Below, one piece after another: positions 52,873 to 64,000 of a stretch of 64,000 nucleotides of DNA. The translations under genes were made by a program, and so were the position numbers. This DNA comes from Octopus vulgaris (Eukaryota): the NCBI GenBank assembly GCA_951406725.2, contig OX597823.1, positions 8,308,001-8,372,000 of the forward strand, read 5' to 3'. The notes beneath the pieces are model-generated. The model worked only from the letters and a program-made list of their open reading frames with translations, searched no databases and was not told where the DNA came from. How positions within the stretch are numbered: position 1 is the first letter of the stretch; each line of letters begins with the position of its first letter.

Positions 52873-53231
52873 ATAATGACAATAATAATAATAATCACAT
52901 CATCTTAACCATTTGAACATGTCACTTAGTGGCTGACAATATTTACATCTCTGATCACGAGCTGAAGTAGTGGGGGCCATCATAGTCATGTGTTGAAAGA
53001 AATTCTTTGGGATTTTAATAATTTACTGCTTTAGATATTGGTGTTTCGTTCCTCATCTTTAAACAAACCTTATTCAGGGACCTTGTCTGCAAGAGGGGCT
53101 ACTCGAACTGAAGAAAATTCTAACTGGGCCCCACCTACATTACTCATACACAGTTCACCATATCGCTAAGCATTTTGCCCGGCATGCTAACGATTCTGCC
53201 AGCTCATTGCCTTAAATAATAATAATAATGA

Positions 53232-53329
<98 letters not shown>

Positions 53330-53337
53330 ATGATAAA

Positions 53338-53425
53338 TCCTTTTTAATCGATGTATTTTTAAAAGAAACGGAGAAACTTTCAAAATACAAAGCTCTAGAA
53401 ATAGCGGTAACTCGAATGTGGAGCC
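53338..53425 (+). mobile_element. R4/Dong-like endonuclease fragment
   Basis: FLIDVFLKETEKLSKYKALEIAVTRMW, homologous to 9610-9720; follows a trinucleotide array. Confidence 0.75.
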
Positions 53426-53429
53426 GTTT

Positions 53430-53680
53430 TCTTTTCGGTCTCAGTGTATCTTGGACGACTTGACGCAACATATCTAGCCTTTTATAGAGACTATATGGTC
53501 TTAACATAAGGAGGCAACAGGGTATGATTACTGGCCATCATATGAGGAGAGGACGGCTTCGGAATACTTTATGAGGTCTGGAAAGCTGAAAGGAAGATCA
53601 GGAAGACAAATAGATAAGATAGATGATTATCTTACCATGGCAACAGAAAGACCGCCTTAATAACTGGTTATGTTTGTGTA
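53430..53680 (+). mobile_element. Possible RTE-like LINE 3' remnant
   Basis: IRRQQ..ITGHHMRR and GKLKGRSGRQ resemble the RTE GH.MRR...GK..G.R.RGR pattern. Confidence 0.4.
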
Positions 53681-53706
53681 GGACACACTGGAGTGATTGT
53701 GACTAT

Positions 53707-54274
53707 CTGTTTCTTTATTACCCACAAGGGGCTAAACATAGAGGGGACAAACAAGGACAGACAAACGAATTAAGTCGATTACATCGACCTCAGTGCGAAT
53801 TAAAATTATCATCTGCAAAGAATTTAGTTGTAATGTTACTATTATCCGAAAGGATGAAAGGTAAAGTCGACCTCGGCGGAATTTGAACTCAGAACGTAAC
53901 GGCAGACGAAATACGGCTCCGCATTCCGCCTGGCGTACTAACGATTGTGCCACCTCACCGCCTAGTGACTCTCAGCACTTGTTGTATGGCACGTAATGAA
54001 GAAAAAGGGTCTAATTTGAAAGAGTTTGACAGCTATTTGTGATGTTGAGCGGCAGAATCGTTAGCACGCCGGGCGAAATGCGTAGCCGTATTTCGTCTGT
54101 CGTTACGTTGTGAGTTCAAATTCCGCCGAGGTGAACTTTGCCTTTCATCCTTTCGGGGTCGATAAATTTAGTACCAGTTACGCACTGGGGTCGATGTAAT
54201 CGACTTAATACCTATGTCTGTCCTTGTTTGTCCCCTCTGTGTTTAGCCCTTTGTGGGTAATAAAGAAATAGGTA
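53707..54274. mobile_element. Head-to-head pair of SINE D copies (- 53707-53963; + 54048-54274)
   Basis: Both colinear with 17489-17720, in opposite orientations ~85 bp apart. Confidence 0.88.
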
Positions 54275-54417
54275 TCATTGCTTTTTTTGTTGGTTCATAG
54301 TAGGGATGGCTAATGGTAGTAACGTTGATGGATACAAGTAATTAAAATAGAGGGTAAGAAGTCGCAGAGCACCGGCAGTCTAAGTGTTAGAAAGACATGA
54401 TTGAAATATATCTAACA

Positions 54418-54801
54418 CTAGCAGTATCGCCCGGCGTTGCTCAGGTTTGTAAGGGAAATAACTATAAAGCATTTTTAGAGAGTTATAGCCAAAAAATAGC
54501 AAAAAAATGGGAAAAAATGATGTTAAAATGTTTTTGAGAGTGAAAAAAGGTGGAGTTGCGTCCCCTAGACAGTTTGCGGTTTGTGTTTCTGATTCTCGAC
54601 CCCATGTCGAATTTATCGATTTTTTTCAGAACTGGGGGAACTTTTCAAAATTTTCGCTACGTTAGTTTTGAATTATGACATTGGGCTATGTGTGTGTCAA
54701 GTTTCATCAGAATCGGTTGAAAGCCGTGGTCAGGGTAAGGGTACAAGCAAACAGACACACAGAAACACGCACAGACAAACTGCCGTTTATATATAGAGAG
54801 A
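54418..54801 (-). mobile_element. Non-autonomous Helitron
   Basis: Minus strand A|TCTCTCTATATATAAA...CTAG|T; shares its ~62-bp 3' end with 51000-51395. Confidence 0.8.
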
Positions 54802-56082
54802 TTATAGGGAATCGAATGTGGTCATGCATCTTCTCGACCTATTGATTACTACCATGTTAATGTTTTCAAGTTTCTATTGTTTCACTTTGTCTATGCTACC
54901 AAAATTATAAACAAAAATGGAAAAAATAACGACAAAAAAACAAAAGACAGGAAAAAAAGAAAACGAAACGACTAGCCATACTATAGCGAACAGAATAATA
55001 AATAAAGTGATACGTAGATAAGGAAATATAATATATTGAAAATTTTCAAGATATAGATAAATAATCAAGTGAAAAAGGAAAATAATATCGAAAATTAAAG
55101 TTTAGATTAAAGAAGGGAAACTGAAAGAATGATGAAATAACTACAATAAAAAGAAATAAAAGCTATCGATAGTGTGGAACTGTATGACAGCAAAAAACGC
55201 AGTGGTATCAATCCACAATGTTTAAAAGGAGAATATTCAGCTTTGAACAGAAAAGAAAAAATCTATAAAATGTAGATAATCTATGAAAACATTAAGATGA
55301 TTAAAAAACAAAAAAATAGTGCCGGTTTTTTTTTTTTTACACATCTATTAATATTTCGAAAAGTTATAAGGTGGAAAAAAATCCCGAATATAGTACAAAA
55401 CCCACATTGCTTTGGGTTGTATATATATAGTAAACACGTTTAGTAAACATATGTACGCAAACATTCGAAATATACATACAAATCAGTGAAAGGGTTCTTT
55501 AATGGTTTCGTCAAACCTATTGAACATAGCTTCTATATAATATGAGCTGCATATTTTACGTGATAACATTTTAGGACAAGAAACTTCAAAATAATGACAA
55601 CAAGCTAGTAACCTGTTCATCGATCGAACGTCATTTACATCGGCCACATCTAAAGGCTACACAACAAGAAACATCAACGTAGATAGCCATAAAATTATAT
55701 GCATTAACATTCCCAAACATGTCTATCTACCACTACCTTCAGTTTTCAAGACTTTTCGATTCACAGAGCACTGGATAAGATGTTAAAAGTGTAGCATACA
55801 TATCAGCTTTAAAAAGCTTTATTGCACTACCTATATACACTTACACACACACATAGGCATACCCATACACGCCCACACCCACGCACACATATATAAATAA
55901 CGTGTGTTAGAATTGCTATAAGATGGGGGATGCAATTTGAAGCGAAGCAAAACACAAGTACGAGTGCGGTGTTTTAAAAAGGCATTTTCTAGACATTGCT
56001 ATTCAATGACATATAAAAACTTGCCATACGATTCTCGTATATAAATGGGATCTCTTATTCTCCCTTTCACTTTCTTCATTTA

Positions 56083-56152
<70 letters not shown>

Positions 56153-56153
<1 letters not shown>

Positions 56154-56605
56154 GCAAACAAATGTGGTAACATATAACAATATTGACCAAGGTTACCGTG
56201 GTCTTTTTCGTAGGCTTTTCTTCCCACGGATAAACCTTACTTGCTTTCCCCTTTACACCATATATCATAACACTGTGATACACGATCCCTATTGATCGTT
56301 TTTTTTTTCCTCTTCCCCTTTTTTTCCCCTTTTTTCTTCTTTTTTCATTTCTCTTTTCTCTTGTTCCTTTTCCTTTTCTTTTTTTTTTCTTTTTCTTTTT
56401 TCTTTTCTTTATTTATTTAAAAAAAAATTATTTATTTATTTATTTTTTTTTTTTGGTCTTTTCTTCCCTTTTACGATCCCTCTTGATCGAAAACCTACGC
56501 CACCCTTTTTTCTTTTGTTTTTTGTTTTTTTCATCCCCCAAAAGAAAAGCTCTACTTTGTAACTTGTCCCATCTGTGTGCAGCCCTGTGTGGCCAATAAA
56601 GAAAC
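56153..56605 (+). mobile_element. Probable LINE 3' UTR (T-rich, AATAAA-ended) inside a (TCTA)n array
   Basis: Ends TTGTCCCATCTGTGTGCAGCCCTGTGTGGCCAATAAAGAAA; (TCTG/TCTA)n at 56081-56152 and (TCTA)n at 56607-56776. Confidence 0.5.
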
Positions 56606-56667
<62 letters not shown>

Positions 56668-56668
56668 G

Positions 56669-56728
<60 letters not shown>

Positions 56729-56859
56729 CCTACCTATCTATCTATCTATCTATCTATCTATCAATCTATCTATCTATGCATATAACTGAGTAGTATCAGA
56801 TTTAGATTCAGAGAATCGTTTGGCTATCACAGAAAAGCTCCACTTATGGACTGGATTAT

Positions 56860-57215
56860 CAGTCGACTTTGCCTTTCATCCTTTCGGGGTCGATTAAATA
56901 AGTACCAGTTATGCACTGGGATCGATATGATCGACTTAATCCGTTTGTACGTCCTTGTTTGTCCCCTCTGTGTGTAGCCTCTTGTGGGCAGTAAAGAAAT
57001 AAGAATATTTAGCAGCTGGGTAAAATGCCTGATGGCATTTCGGCCATCTTTATATTCTGAATTCAAATCCCACCAAGGTCGGCTTTGCCTTTCATCGTTT
57101 GTGGGGTGGGGGTGGGGCGATAAAATAAGTACCACGTGATCACTGGGGTCGCTGTAATTGACTTATTTCAGTCCCCGCAATTGCTGCATTTATACCAACA
57201 TTTGAAATCAATATT
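56860..57215 (+). mobile_element. Two adjacent SINE D fragments
   Basis: GTCGACTTTGCCTTTCATCCTTTCGGGGTCG...GCAGTAAAGAAAT, followed by a diverged second copy. Confidence 0.8.
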
Positions 57216-57409
57216 ACTAATCAATGTGACGAATTGATTATAGTATGTCCGCATCTTGAAGACAATCGTTCCTATACGCTAATCATAAACTAGTTTATGA
57301 AAATTACACAAATAAACTTTATAATCTTGATCAGCGCGACTGACTGTGTTTCTATCGAATGATGATCATAATTCAGTTTCCCCTCTGCCATTCTACTACT
57401 ATGTAAATG

Positions 57410-57790
57410 CCCAATGGCCCAGTGGTTAGGGCAGCGGACTCGCGGTCATAGAATCGCGGTTTCGATTTCCAGACCGGGCGTTGTGAGTGTTTATTGAGCG
57501 AAAACACCTAAATGCTCCACGAGGCTCCGGCATGGGGATGGTGGTGATCCCTGCTGTACTCTTTCACCACAACTTTCTTTCACTCTTACTTCCTGTTTCT
57601 GTTGTACCTGTATTTCAAAGGGCCGGCCTTGTCACTCTCTGTGTCACGCTGAATATCCCCGAGAACTACGTTAAGGGTACACGTGTCTGTGGAGTGCTCA
57701 GCCACTTACACGTTAATTTCACGAGCAGGCTGTTCCGTTGATTCGGATCAACCGGAACCCTCGTCGTCGTAACCGACGGAGTGCTTCCAA
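57410..57790 (+). mobile_element. SINE family B, full length
   Basis: Colinear with 19202-19586 and 21466-21847. Confidence 0.92.
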
Positions 57791-58112
57791 AAAAACTATG
57801 TAAAACTACTTAATGACCTATAGATACGTAGCATTCCAATTTCTCATACCTATAGATTTTTTGCCGTAACTAGTCTTTTTAAGTACTACTGAAGTTGCTA
57901 TTCTTTGATGTCCACCTCGGTTCTCTAATTCTGCACCTATGAACACCTAACTGTAATCTTAAACATTATTTATTACATATGATTTATTCAAATTACTTTT
58001 AATAATCCCTGTGGTAGATTCAATTCAGTAGACGTGATTACACTTTATTCTTAGGGATAGTTATATGTTTACTTCCATATGTTTGTATACATGCTGCATA
58101 TGCAGTGACAAT

Positions 58113-58238
58113 TTCAAGAAGACGATTGGGATCACGTGGATGAGACAGGCGCGACCCAGAGAGGAGTGGACAGCGTGCTGTGACCAGCGGTGTCAAATGG
58201 ACGCCTGACGGTCTGGTCGGTCAAAGTGATCAAAGTGA
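58113..58238 (+). mobile_element. RTE-like LINE extreme 3' end
   Basis: FKKTIGITWMRQARPREEWTACCDQRCQMDA* (W..A..R..W motif), stop at 58206-58208, then tail GGTCTGGTCGGTCAAAGTGATCAAAGTGAT. Confidence 0.65.
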
Positions 58239-58370
58239 TATATATATATATGTAAAATATATGTATGTACGTATGTATATATATATGTATGTGTATGAGT
58301 ATATATATATATATATGTGTGTGTGTGTATGTGTGTGTATGTGTGTGTGTGTGTGTGTATGTGTGTGTAT

Positions 58371-58402
<32 letters not shown>

Positions 58403-58403
<1 letters not shown>

Positions 58404-58705
58404 GAGGCACAATGGCCCAGTGGTTAGGGTAGCGGACACGCGGTTGTAGGATCGCAGCTTCGATTCCCAGACCGGGCGTTGTGAGTGTTTATTGAACGAA
58501 AGCTCCACGCGGCTTCGGCAGGGGGTGGTGGCGATCCCTACTGTACACTTTGGACACAACTTTCTCTCACTGTTTCTTCAGTTGGCCTACTCGCTTAGCC
58601 AGTGGGGTGGCGTCATTTGAAGGCTAAAACAATGCGAAGCGCATTGTGATCAGCGATATGTAGCAACATCTGATCGCCTGGTCGGTCACGGTGATCACGG
58701 TGATA
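58403..58705 (+). mobile_element. SINE family C (B-type tRNA head, different tail)
   Basis: GGAGGCACAATGGCCCAGTGGTTAGGG head; tail GCATTGTGATCAGCGAT..CTGGTCGGTCACGGTGATCACGGTGAT. Confidence 0.85.
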
Positions 58706-59039
58706 TATATATATATTTATATATGCACACACACACACACACATACACACACACGCACACACACACACACATATATGTGTGTGTGTGTGCTTCGTTTATG
58801 CTGTTCTATGCATGTATTTATCTTCATATTTAAAAGCTCAACATACTTAGCGTGTATCTATATGAGTGTGTGTGTGTATGTGTGTATGTGTATATGTGAG
58901 TGTGCATGTCTGGTTGTGTATGTGTATAAGATTTAAAATATGCATATTTTGAATATATACAGGGTATGGGTATTTGTCTCTTTGTCATCTGGCTTTCTCT
59001 CAACCCCTTTTATTTTCCCTCTCTCTTTCGATATATATA

Positions 59040-59200
59040 TAACATACAGAAAGTTGCCCTACTGGGCACCTTACACATCCTACGTAAAACACTTTGAATT
59101 CAGTGAAAATAAGAGCATTACAGCAAACCACAGCACGTATCCAAGGCACACAGAGCTGCGCTCGGCAGTGAAGTGAAAGCACGTTATAAAAATAAAACTA

Positions 59201-59256
<56 letters not shown>

Positions 59257-59261
59257 CAATA

Positions 59262-59303
<42 letters not shown>

Positions 59304-59540
59304 GTACAGAAATGATAAAAAGACAATTAAGGAAATTCCAAAATTGTAACAGCCTAGGGCCAGATGGTGTCCAAGTTTACTGGATGAAGAAGGTGAGAAA
59401 TCTCCATAGCCCAACCGTTGCATGGGTGCTTGCAGGACAGCTCTGTGACCAATGGATGACCAAAGGAAAGATATTGTTATGTGCCAAGGATCCTGAAAAG
59501 GGTAAAATTGTATCCAACTTTCGACCAATAACGTGTCAAT
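59040..59540 (+). mobile_element. Two R4/Dong-like fragments around an (AAT)/(GAT) array
   Basis: 59040-59203 matches the 3' end at 9820-9984; 59305-59540 encodes NSLGPDGVQVYWMKK..WMTKGK.LL..KD......NFRPITC (RT N-terminus). Confidence 0.85.
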
Positions 59541-60000
59541 AACGATAGGTAACCATTCTCTGGAACTACCGATCAGGCGTCGTTATTCATTGCAGGAATG
59601 CAACTACAGAAGACGGGACCGATACCGGCCGCCTTGATAATGGTCACCAAGTATTTTTTAGTCGACCCTATCGAAGGCTTTCCTTAGCTGAGAATCGTGG
59701 CAAACTGTCAAGGTAGGCACTAAAATCCGTTCTGTGTTCCGGCTCACCATTGTTATTATTCTATCGATTGTACAACTGCTATTTTCGTGACCCAGAGAAT
59801 CGATTCAAGAAGGTGGATAAGCTGTGTAATTTACTAACTTGTTGGAAAATAAAAGTTATATAGAGATCCCAGTTTTTTTTTATGAGCAACAGTGTTCTTT
59901 TGAGTAGCGCTGGTATCCTTGGTTGTAACTGTTCTATGAAGAATTTCTGGTTATGCTTAATATACAAACTGGAATCATTCGTCAATCCAGAGCAAATATT

Positions 60001-60002
<2 letters not shown>

Positions 60003-60085
<83 letters not shown>

Positions 60086-60097
60086 GCACACACACAC

Positions 60098-60141
<44 letters not shown>

Positions 60142-60204
60142 GAACGCACACACACACACGCACATACACACACACACACACGCACACACACACACACACA
60201 CACA
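60003..60204. repeat. (CA)n microsatellite
   Basis: Direct inspection; also at 13583-13682 and 40643-40702. Confidence 0.98.
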
Positions 60205-62242
60205 TTCTAAAGCAAGTGTTAAATCATATAACTAATGTTTCTTGTGCGTTATGCATAAAATTCACTTTCTTCTGACGAGAGTCACTGTGGCCCTGTTGTT
60301 AGTACAATCCAACAGTGCTGTTGATGTGTTTACTGAAGTGTGTGCATTTACTGTTATGTCCTCTAACTACATTTATTCGTACCTTTGCTGAACGGAAATA
60401 ATTTCAAATTCGATATCTGTGTTCAGCGAAATATTGAATTACGTTGTTGTTTTGCACGCTATTATATCCAGAAGCTCTAATTATTTCCATACATATGCTG
60501 TCTTGCGCTCATTGAACTGTGTCAGAGTAACAAGTGAATATCTATTCACTGGTTGCATTTATTAAAATATTTTACCACGGAAAATGAATAAATATTGTTT
60601 TATTTAGTTCTTATAAAGTACGTAACTTATTTTACTAGCATCGCTGTAGATTCTGACAACTAACATATATATTAATTGAAACATTGCATTGACAAAAGTA
60701 TATAGTATCACAGTTCCCTACTGTTATACGTGTATGTATCGATGTATCGTTACAGGTCACCGATGTATTAGGAGCACTAACATTACAGTTATCAGAGGTA
60801 TGAACGGCTACACATATAGTCTATTTTTAATGACTTATATTCCAAGTATACCATTTTTAGTTTTTAATTATTGAAATTTCCAGGAAATGTTGATGTTTTT
60901 TACTGTTCTCACGAGATAGTAACATCATTAAGAAGTCAGTTGTTATTATTAGAAGCTATTTGTTTCAGACAGTACGGAGATAACGTTATCACATATACAT
61001 TTTTCTTCAATAATCAGTAACTGTTTGTATTACTATGACCTGATAACACATGAAGTAAATACATCTTGGGTTACTACATAGAGTATTTATTTATATATTA
61101 TATATCGCAAATTGTGAACAATAGTTTTGCTAGCTAAATGTTTCTAATGAGTCAGTCATTGGTTCACAACATTTTTGAGGGTGTGAGTGAGACAAGAGTT
61201 CCTGTAAGTTGATATAGAACAAATATTCCAAAAGACTTCGTTTGAAAATCACCGGTTGATGGGTTTTCTTACCGCTGTTTTTTTTTATATACTTTGCCTT
61301 TATACATCGGCGAGAGATATACAGATTCATACTTATACTTTGAGGGTAATGGAAAATCGTACATTTTACTTTGACGTCAATACAGGAGCAATTTTGTTAG
61401 CTGAAATATGTGAATTAATCGGCTTTGAATTATTACACTTTATACACATTATATCTAAGTTAATAAAATGTACTTTGTACTGCAGTGATAGCTTGCTACT
61501 ATCACACGGAAGGAATAACCAATAAACAGATAAATTTAGAGGAAACTTCATTAAGTTTTATCAAAATACTTGAACCTTAAAATCAATGTCTACTCAAACC
61601 TCAAAATACTTAACAGCCTCGAATACCGTTAAAATTAGATATTTGCAAATATGTCTATCGAAAATTGAATAAAATCCTGCATAAGAACTCAGTCAATTCA
61701 TCTGCTATTTTACAGTGCCTTCACCAAAAGTAAAAACAGAAAACGTGAAAAATATGTCATGAACATCTTACAATTTAAATGTAAAAGCATGCATCGCCAG
61801 AAAAGGCCTAAGGAGAGAAATACCAAAAATTCCATATAATTCAGAATTCATAAATTTCACCAAATATTTAACAAAAAGGAGACCAAATTCAGTTATTCTA
61901 GTATTTCCAAATTCCATTGTTCCTGTTGAATATGTGAGCTTCACACATAATCATGCCATGAAATTCAATAAATCCGAACCCAGAAGTTAAATGCCAAACA
62001 TGTGTCACCATCTAAAGTTCTTATATGTTACTAGTAAATACATAATCAATTGAGCATAAAACTGCTTTATCCGTTTAACTAAAATAGCACCAACACAACT
62101 TACACACAGCTTATGGAACCAAATCAGATGCAAAGACAAGCCTCTGAAAACGCACATCCTGAATTTGAAGAAGGAAAAAATTATAGATTTGGGGTTTAAT
62201 GTAAAAACACCAATAATCTCTGATTTTCTGAAACCTACGCAT

Positions 62243-62736
62243 TACTCTTTTACTCCTTTACTCTTTTACTTATTTCAGTCATTTCACTGCGGCCATGCTG
62301 GAGCACCGCTTTTAGTCGACCCCAGGACTTATTCTTTGTAAGCCTAGTACTTATTCTACCGGTCGCTTTTGCCGAACCACTAAGTTACGGGGACGTAAAC
62401 ACACCAGCATCGGTTGTCAAGCGATGGTGGTGGAAACAAAAACATACAAACATATACGCACACATACATATATGTATACATATATACGACGGGCTTCTTT
62501 CAGTTTCCGTCTACCAAATCCACTCACAAGGCTTTGGTCGACCCGAGGCTATACTAGAAGACATTTACCCAAGGTGCCTCGCAGCGGGAATGAATCCCGA
62601 ACCATGTGGTTCGTAAGCAAGCTACTTACCACACACCCACTCCTGCGCCCATACTTACCACACAGCCACTCCTGCGCCCATACTTACCACACAGCCACTC
62701 CTGCGCCCATACTTACCACACAGCCACTCCTGCGCC
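62243..62736 (-). mobile_element. SINE family A with its 29-bp 5' end present four times in tandem
   Basis: TACTTACCACACAGCCACTCCTGCGCCCA units at 62623, 62652, 62681 and 62710. Confidence 0.9.
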
Positions 62737-62949
62737 TAGTAGTAAAGAATCTTGAAATTTTGCTACATGTCTGAAATATCTCAAATCACAATTCAAACTT
62801 TATATCTTTCTGAGGACATGCAATTTAATCTTTGTTCAAGTACTACAAGAGCCCACACATTAACTATTCTTTTACACTGAGCCAATATCTATCGAACCCA
62901 AAGTTCTTCTAAGAAAATTAACTCCGCGAATAACATCTCTTCCAGCAAT

Positions 62950-63367
62950 GGTTGATCTGAGCTGGTGGAGTGTGAGGGAAACATAAACTCAGATAAATAC
63001 GTGTTCATATTGCAGAAAGGACTCCTTCTAATCTTCTCCAGTGGTGAAATGATTAAAGAAGATTATTTATGGAAGATGGGGTTCCTTGTCTCACGGCTAA
63101 AATGATTTGTTGGATGAGAATGCTATTAAAAAGCTTCCATGGTCAGGCCAGTCACGAGATATGAACCCTATTGAACAGCTCTGGGACATAATGGACAAGG
63201 CACTTCATAAAAAGAACAACAAATCATCTTCAATACCAGATCTTTTGATATTACTGTATAAAAGCTGGCAAGATATTCCGCAAGAGAATATTCGTCATCT
63301 GAATAGTAACATGCCTAATAGTGTCCTTGCACTGTCTATTAAATATTCACATTATAATAATTCATAA
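62950..63367 (+). mobile_element. Tc1-like (DD34E) transposase C-terminal remnant
   Basis: NSDKYVFILQKGLL, MEDGVPC, LPWSGQSRDMNPIEQLWDIM, WQDIPQENIRHL. Confidence 0.85.
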
Positions 63368-63490
63368 ATAATTTGAATATATAATTTCAGATTTAAATAA
63401 ATTTTTAATGATAAGGGTGTATATTTACTTTTGTCATGTTTATATCATATATAATATAAAATACGTCTGTGTGTGCGTGTGTGTGTGCGA

Positions 63491-63532
<42 letters not shown>

Positions 63533-63597
63533 CATACAAACATAAACACGAATATACAAATACAACACACACACCACATACACACGCATACGCACGC

Positions 63598-63631
<34 letters not shown>

Positions 63632-64000
63632 GCACACACATACACGCACGCACGTATTTTATGTCATATATGATATAAAATACCTTTCAGAAAATGGTGT
63701 ACACTGGGAGCAAACTTAGAATCATGTCGTTCTGAAGCAGACTTCTTTAAGCTGCATTTATATGGATAGAATTTACCAACAAAGCGTATGTAATACTATA
63801 AGGAATACTTATATCTAATGAATTTGCCAATGTAATAGTATCTGCTGCCGTCTGTGTTATATGATCAGATTACGACATTGATTGAGATATTACATAATCC
63901 TATTTAATAAAAGATCCAACAACTGTACTTAATAATTATTATCATTGACAATGAAAAGCTTGTAGTTCTGCATGATCGTATCCATAAATTAAATATTGAA

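Noticed and set aside
62623-62736. CRISPR-like 29-bp repeats
   Set aside because: There are no spacers, the context is eukaryotic and the unit is the SINE 5' end.

Overview
AT-rich, gene-poor eukaryotic DNA packed with microsatellites and decayed transposons. The SINE families and repeat style resemble an octopus (coleoid cephalopod) genome; this is recognition, not a database match. Most ORFs in the track are microsatellite artefacts and no complete host gene is recognisable; only a few orphan candidate exons are visible. The window holds mariner/Tc1 remnants, R4/Dong-, RTE- and CR1/L2-like LINE fragments, Penelope-like elements (PLEs; RT + GIY-YIG), four or five tRNA-derived SINE families, two non-autonomous Helitrons, a piggyBac MITE and a solo LTR. 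The most striking signal is about a dozen minimal type I hammerhead-ribozyme (HHR) motifs in PLE-type repeats. Three unrelated copies carry a compensatory U3-A8 core. The HHR-bearing repeats include a ~362-nt circularly permuted retrozyme-like unit, a 299-bp near-perfect inverted repeat with HHRs, and a PLE whose inverted terminal repeats combine a tRNA-like Pol III promoter with an HHR. All folds and alignments were done by eye, so coordinates may be off by a few bases.
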